This document shows, piece after piece, positions 59,363-64,000 of a stretch of 64,000 nt of DNA; within the stretch, counting starts at the first letter, position 1, and every line of letters starts with the position of its first letter. The notes beneath the pieces were generated by a model. That model saw only the letters and a list, made by a program, of their open reading frames with translations. It was not told where the DNA came from and did not search any database. Where the stretch lies: positions 966-64,965 of the forward strand of contig NZ_DAOUQB010000010.1 of the NCBI RefSeq assembly GCF_030625865.1. Reading direction: 5' to 3'. The translations under genes and the position numbers were made by a program. Source of the stretch: Anaerotignum sp. Lineage in GTDB: Bacteria; Bacillota; Clostridia; Lachnospirales; Anaerotignaceae.

Positions 59363-60930
59363 CACTTGGTAAAGACATCTTGAAAATTCCAAAGAATTTT
59401 GATTGCTCCATTTTGTTCAATGAAAATGACATCTACAAAAACGTCAACCAGTTCCCTTGTTAAGCTTGGATAAGGGAATATCTTATTTAGCCTTAACATA
59501 TCCTCCTGATTTTTGGGGAAATCGAATTGAGAATAACCTGATTTTTCCTGCTCCAGCAAAAGTGCACTTTCTATTTTCTCGTAAAGGTCTTGATATCCAT
59601 TTTTTTTCATTAAAAAATCATCTTTTCCCAGCTTGTTTTCTTTATAGGCTTCATATAACTCAATCTTAGCCAAACCTATTTTCTTTAATTTTTCTTCCTG
59701 TTGTTTTATAAGCTTTTTATTTTTTTGAATTCTTTCTTTCGATTGTCCATTAAAATATTCTTCTAACTCACCAGCATTACTGCTTACCATCAGTTTATTT
59801 AAATAAAACAATATTGCATCCTCTATGCTATGTTCCGCAATTTTTTCACCATAACAACGAACCCCATTGGTAAACACTAACTTTGGACAACGATATACTG
59901 CTACAGAACCTTTGCTCCCATTTTCCTCTGATATTTTCCGTGACATCATATAATGGCAGCCACCGCATCTTACTTTTTTCCATAAAGGATAAGGCTTTTC
60001 TTTTTTCCTTGGCTGATAATTTCTTCCTTTTGCCTGAACCTGTTCATAAATATCTCTTCCAATAATTGGTTCATGGGTATTCGGTACTATAATCCATTCT
60101 TGTTTCGGCACCTTTTTATCTTCTCTACTTCCTATTTTTTTAGGTTTTACCTTTCCATACACCGAATCCCCCGCGTATCTTTGATCATTTAGTATCCTCC
60201 CTATTGTTGCAGGGCTCCATAGGAATTGTTTGCTAACACCGGTGCAGAAAAAGGGCTCCTTTCGCATTTTACGAAGCTTCAAAGGGCTTGGTATCTCTTC
60301 AGAATTAAGATAACGGGCAATTTCAATCTGAGGGATACCCGCCAACGCCATTTTAAAAATCCTTTGCACAACAGAGGCCGCCTCTTTGTCTATCACAAGT
60401 TTCTGCTCTTTGGATTTTCCATAGCCATACGGCGCAAAAGCTGTAATAAATTTGCCTTGTTCTGCCTTTGACCGTCTTACGCTTGTAATCTTTTGAGATA
60501 AATCCTTGCTATAAAGATCATACATTAAATTTTGAAAGGATATCCCCATAAAATCACCGTTACCAAAAGCCCTACCGCTATCAAAATTATCATTGATTGA
60601 AATAAATCGAACACCCCAAAAAGGGAAAACCTGCTCAATATAGTTTCCAACTTCAATATAATTGCGGCCAAAACGAGAAAAATCCTTAACCATGATACAA
60701 AAAACCTCTCCGTTTCTGGCTTTTTGGAGCAGTTTCATTACACCTGGGCGGTTAAAGTTTGTTCCGCTATAACCGTCATCGCAAAACTCTAATATTTCAT
60801 ATGATGAAAGATCCCTATGATGAAGTATGTAATGCTGTATGAGCTCTCTTTGTCCTTTCACACTAACACTCTCTTCTGGATTTTCATCTTCATCAGAAAG
60901 GCGAAGATAAATCCCTATTTTTTGTTCCAT
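59362..60930 (-). CDS. large serine recombinase 1
   Basis: MEQKIGIYLRLSDED.. (catalytic Ser), ..DDGYSG..RPG..VKDFSRFGRNY.., a Cys-rich zinc-ribbon region, a coiled coil and a DUF4368-like C-terminus. The ATG at 60930 follows GGGGGAGGGG. Confidence 0.85.
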   Translation of the reverse strand: MEQKIGIYLRLSDEDENPEESVSVKGQRELIQHYILHHRDLSSYEILEFCDDGYSGTNFNRPGVMKLLQKARNGEVFCIMVKDFSRFGRNYIEVGNYIEQVFPFWGVRFISINDNFDSGRAFGNGDFMGISFQNLMYDLYSKDLSQKITSVRRSKAEQGKFITAFAPYGYGKSKEQKLVIDKEAASVVQRIFKMALAGIPQIEIARYLNSEEIPSPLKLRKMRKEPFFCTGVSKQFLWSPATIGRILNDQRYAGDSVYGKVKPKKIGSREDKKVPKQEWIIVPNTHEPIIGRDIYEQVQAKGRNYQPRKKEKPYPLWKKVRCGGCHYMMSRKISEENGSKGSVAVYRCPKLVFTNGVRCYGEKIAEHSIEDAILFYLNKLMVSSNAGELEEYFNGQSKERIQKNKKLIKQQEEKLKKIGLAKIELYEAYKENKLGKDDFLMKKNGYQDLYEKIESALLLEQEKSGYSQFDFPKNQEDMLRLNKIFPYPSLTRELVDVFVDVIFIEQNGAIKILWNFQDVFTK

Positions 60931-62332
60931 ATTCCCCTCCCCCATCAAGCATTTTTTCAATTTCGTCAGTTGCCTTATTATACTCAGATTGATATGGGAA
61001 GGAAATACAGCAATGATTATTTGTTACAGTAATTTTTTCTATTAATAAACGGCATTTCTCACCGTTAAATTTTTCTGCATTTTCTAAAAAAGTTTTCCCC
61101 CCGGAATCAATTAACAATAGAAGATGGCTTTTGCATATTTGTAAAACCACCTCCTGTATTTCATCTTCTCTAATAGAACGGGCGGTGCACCCTCCTTTTT
61201 TCAGATATTTTTTGGGACAATTAAAAAAATGGCCTACCAACGTACCATCCTTGCGATAATACCCTCCGTCCCGTTGTAAAGCACTACCACACGCACCGCA
61301 AAATAATAAGCCCCGAAAAACATTCTCTGTCCTCTGTCTATGTGCATATTTACTTGCGTTATTTTTTTTCTGTAATGCAGATTGTTTTAAAATATCCTGT
61401 ACTGCATAAAATATTTCCCGGGATATAATAGGAGCGTGAGTATCTTCTATGATATTCCATTCTATTGGGGGAATAACATCTTTCGTTCCCCCTTTATACA
61501 AAGCCTTTTGCGTTTTACGCTCCACAAGGCACCCCATATAACAGTGGTTTTTCAAAACATTTGTAACCGTTGAGCCGTGCCATAGGGCTGATTCTTTTCC
61601 ATCTGGAAACCCTTCCAGAAAACGAAATTTCATTTGTGTTGGTACACACATCTCGTTCAGCCTTCTGGCAATTCTTGTAGGTCCTACCCCTTCTTTGCGC
61701 CACTGAAAAATACTTCTTACAACTTCAGCTTGCTCATTCTCTATCTCCAGTTTGTATGGATCTGTTTTTGATTGAACATAACCATAGGGTGGGATTCTGT
61801 TCATAAACTTACCGTTTTTTTTCTTCACATCAATGGCAGTGCTTACTTTTCTTGAAATATCCTTTGCATAACTATCGTGTAAAATGGATTTCAGTGAAAC
61901 CATTAAGCCATCCTGATGGTCGGCTAAAAGACTATCAAAATTATCATTGACAGATATAAACCGCACACCATTTTTAGGAAATATATTTTCCAAGTAATTC
62001 CCTGTTTCTAAATAATTTCTGCCAAAACGAGATAAATCTTTGACGATAATACAATTGATCTTTCCTGTTTCCACATCTTGCATAAGCCTAAAAAATTCCG
62101 GTCTGTGGAAATTTGTACCTGTTTGTCCATTATCTATATAGGTATCAATAAAAATCAAATCTTTATGTATCTCCATGTATTTTTCTACCAGTAATATTTG
62201 GTTTTCTATGGAGGAATTATCAAGGTTTGTGTCCTCAACGGAGAGCCTTGCATAGATAGCAGAATAATATTTTTGCCTCTCTTTCTTCTCCGTTACACCC
62301 ACCTGATTTTTTTTTCTGCTTTTTCTTGCCAT
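60893..62332 (-). CDS. large serine recombinase 2
   Basis: ..AIYARLSVED..DNGQTGTNFHRPEF..VKDLSRFGRNY.., a recombinase domain and a Cys cluster. RBS is AAGGAGGA. The 3' end overlaps recombinase 1 by 38 nt. Confidence 0.85.
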   Translation of the reverse strand: MARKSRKKNQVGVTEKKERQKYYSAIYARLSVEDTNLDNSSIENQILLVEKYMEIHKDLIFIDTYIDNGQTGTNFHRPEFFRLMQDVETGKINCIIVKDLSRFGRNYLETGNYLENIFPKNGVRFISVNDNFDSLLADHQDGLMVSLKSILHDSYAKDISRKVSTAIDVKKKNGKFMNRIPPYGYVQSKTDPYKLEIENEQAEVVRSIFQWRKEGVGPTRIARRLNEMCVPTQMKFRFLEGFPDGKESALWHGSTVTNVLKNHCYMGCLVERKTQKALYKGGTKDVIPPIEWNIIEDTHAPIISREIFYAVQDILKQSALQKKNNASKYAHRQRTENVFRGLLFCGACGSALQRDGGYYRKDGTLVGHFFNCPKKYLKKGGCTARSIREDEIQEVVLQICKSHLLLLIDSGGKTFLENAEKFNGEKCRLLIEKITVTNNHCCISFPYQSEYNKATDEIEKMLDGGGEYGTKNRDLSSPF

Positions 62333-62355
62333 TTATCATTCCTCCTTAAGAAGAA

Positions 62356-63999
62356 TTAAAATGAATTTTCTTCTCTATAGACTGGGATTTCAGACTTCTG
62401 TACTTCTTTTTCAAACTCGTCTGTGTACTGCAATATTACCCTTACAGATTTTTTATCAAAAATGATAATATTTTCTATTAAAAGAACCAGTGTAGTCCTA
62501 TTTAACTCTGATACACTTTCATCCCCCAAAAACCATCTTATCCGATCATTGTTACAGTCATTTTTTCCAATGAATTTTCCTTTTAAATACAATGCATCTA
62601 TATTTTTTTGAATCTCACCACATATTTTTTCATAACAGGCTTTCATCTCCAAATACTCATCCTTTGTCAAAACACCCTCTCTGTAATCTTCATAAATAGA
62701 CATTTTTAGACCTTCATATCTTTCCAGTTCATCTTTTTTCCTATTTAGCTGCAATTCAACCTTTTGCTTTTCTTCTTGTTTTTTCGTTAATCTATCTATT
62801 TCTTTCATTTCCCCATCCATTTCACAAAAAAGACTCCTATGCTTTTTCAATAAGACAAGCAACATCTCTTCTATAAAATTTTCTCGAATTCGATGACTGC
62901 TACATGCATCTTTATCCTCTTTATTCTTTGAGCAAATATAATAGGCATAGGTTTTCCCTGGGGCCTTTACCGGTTTTCGCACCATATTGCTCCCACACCC
63001 ACCGCATTTTAGCAAGCCAGATAGCAAATAAAGTTTCTCATTTTCCGGTGAAGTTCTGGTATCGTTAAGCATTATTTTCTGTAGAATTTCAAAATTTTTC
63101 TTTGAAATGATAGCCTCATGGGTATGCTCAACCCGTACCCAATCCTCTTTTGGCGTTTTTATTCTTTTTTTGATTTTATAACTTAATGAGGTTTCCTTCC
63201 CTTGCAGCATGACCCCCGTATAGATTTCATTTTTCAAAATTCGATCCACTGTCATAGGCACCCATTTGGCTCTTGGATTTAATTTGAAAGGTGTATCATA
63301 TGGGGAATCATGTAACTTTTTATATTCCATGGGAGATGGCACTCCTAATTCATTCAAGGATTTCGCAATATATGTATTGTTATAGCCTGCCATACGCATG
63401 GCAAAGATCTCTTTTACGATTTCGGCAGCTTCTTGGTCAACAACCAGCTTATGTTTATCCTCCTGTGAACGAGAATATCCATAAACAGCAAATGCCCCCA
63501 CAAAATCTCCGCACTTTTGCCTTATTTTAAGTTGAGATCTTGACTTTATAGAAATATCTCTACTGTAAGCATCATTCATTAAATTCTTAAAAGGAATCAG
63601 TATACTATCCGTTTGTGTGGCATCCCGCCCAGTATCAATATTGTCATTGATTGCGATAAAACGAACACCAAGAAAAGGGAAGATTTGTTCAATATACCTT
63701 CCCGTTTCAATATAATTTCTGCCAAATCGAGAAAGATCTTTTACAATAATACAATTTATTGTCCCTATTTTTATCTCTTCCAAAAGTTCCTTAAGAGCCG
63801 GCCTTTCAAAAGTAACACCGCTATAGCCATCATCAATTTTTACACTGACAACTACAATATCCTTTTTATCTTTTAAATAAAACTCAATGAAATCTCTTTG
63901 ATTTTTTATACTATTACTTTCCAATTTATCCCCATCTTCCCGAGATAAACGCAAATATATTCCAGCTTTATACATTTTCGTCACATCATCCAAATACAT
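62356..63999 (-). CDS. large serine recombinase 3 (start at 63975, 63999 or beyond the window edge)
   Basis: ..GIYLRLSREDGD..DDGYSGVTFERPA..VKDLSRFGRNY.., a CGGCG zinc ribbon, a coiled coil and a DUF4368-like C-terminus. Confidence 0.8.
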   Translation of the reverse strand: MYLDDVTKMYKAGIYLRLSREDGDKLESNSIKNQRDFIEFYLKDKKDIVVVSVKIDDGYSGVTFERPALKELLEEIKIGTINCIIVKDLSRFGRNYIETGRYIEQIFPFLGVRFIAINDNIDTGRDATQTDSILIPFKNLMNDAYSRDISIKSRSQLKIRQKCGDFVGAFAVYGYSRSQEDKHKLVVDQEAAEIVKEIFAMRMAGYNNTYIAKSLNELGVPSPMEYKKLHDSPYDTPFKLNPRAKWVPMTVDRILKNEIYTGVMLQGKETSLSYKIKKRIKTPKEDWVRVEHTHEAIISKKNFEILQKIMLNDTRTSPENEKLYLLSGLLKCGGCGSNMVRKPVKAPGKTYAYYICSKNKEDKDACSSHRIRENFIEEMLLVLLKKHRSLFCEMDGEMKEIDRLTKKQEEKQKVELQLNRKKDELERYEGLKMSIYEDYREGVLTKDEYLEMKACYEKICGEIQKNIDALYLKGKFIGKNDCNNDRIRWFLGDESVSELNRTTLVLLIENIIIFDKKSVRVILQYTDEFEKEVQKSEIPVYREENSF

Positions 64000-64000
64000 A

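Larger units (their letters stand above)
59288..64000. mobile_element. left end of a sigK-intervening (skin-like) integrated element; continues beyond the window
   Basis: The sigK homology breakpoint at ~59287-59292 is followed immediately by three large serine recombinase genes. Confidence 0.65.

Overview
Low-GC chromosomal window from a spore-forming Firmicute, Clostridia-like by gene content. I found no rRNA genes, CRISPR arrays or recognisable defence systems. Contents from left to right:
- A TPP-riboswitch-controlled thiW-thiM pair.
- A tightly coupled polyamine operon (speD-speA-speE-speB-CANSDH-CANSDC, then aspartate kinase). It sits behind a ~390-nt structured leader that ends in an intrinsic terminator.
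- A LysR regulator plus tdh, and a histidine kinase/response regulator pair.
- A solo tRNA-Lys(UUU), a CLC-F type fluoride antiporter and a YheO-like regulator.
- Decayed ParA and ABC-permease relics.
- An SDR / membrane-fusion protein / RND pump / membrane protein / response regulator / histidine kinase module.
- Three c-di-GMP turnover proteins and a chemoreceptor.
- An aldonate/hexuronate locus: uxaB-uxaA-kdgK-eda, a GntR regulator, and an LgoD-like Zn-dehydrogenase with a TRAP transporter. GTATAC-core palindromic operators recur across it.
- A Zur-boxed znuA-znuC-znuB-zur-permease operon.
- A PTS-EIIC::EAL fusion.
- Two GAPDH paralogs.
- spoIIAA-spoIIAB-sigF.

The most notable feature is a pro-sigma-K gene cut inside region 4.2, after ...GISRSY. 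The inserted DNA begins with three tandem large serine recombinase genes and runs off the right edge, which looks like a skin-like sigK intervening element. All functional calls rest on reading the translations and motifs by eye; no database search was possible.
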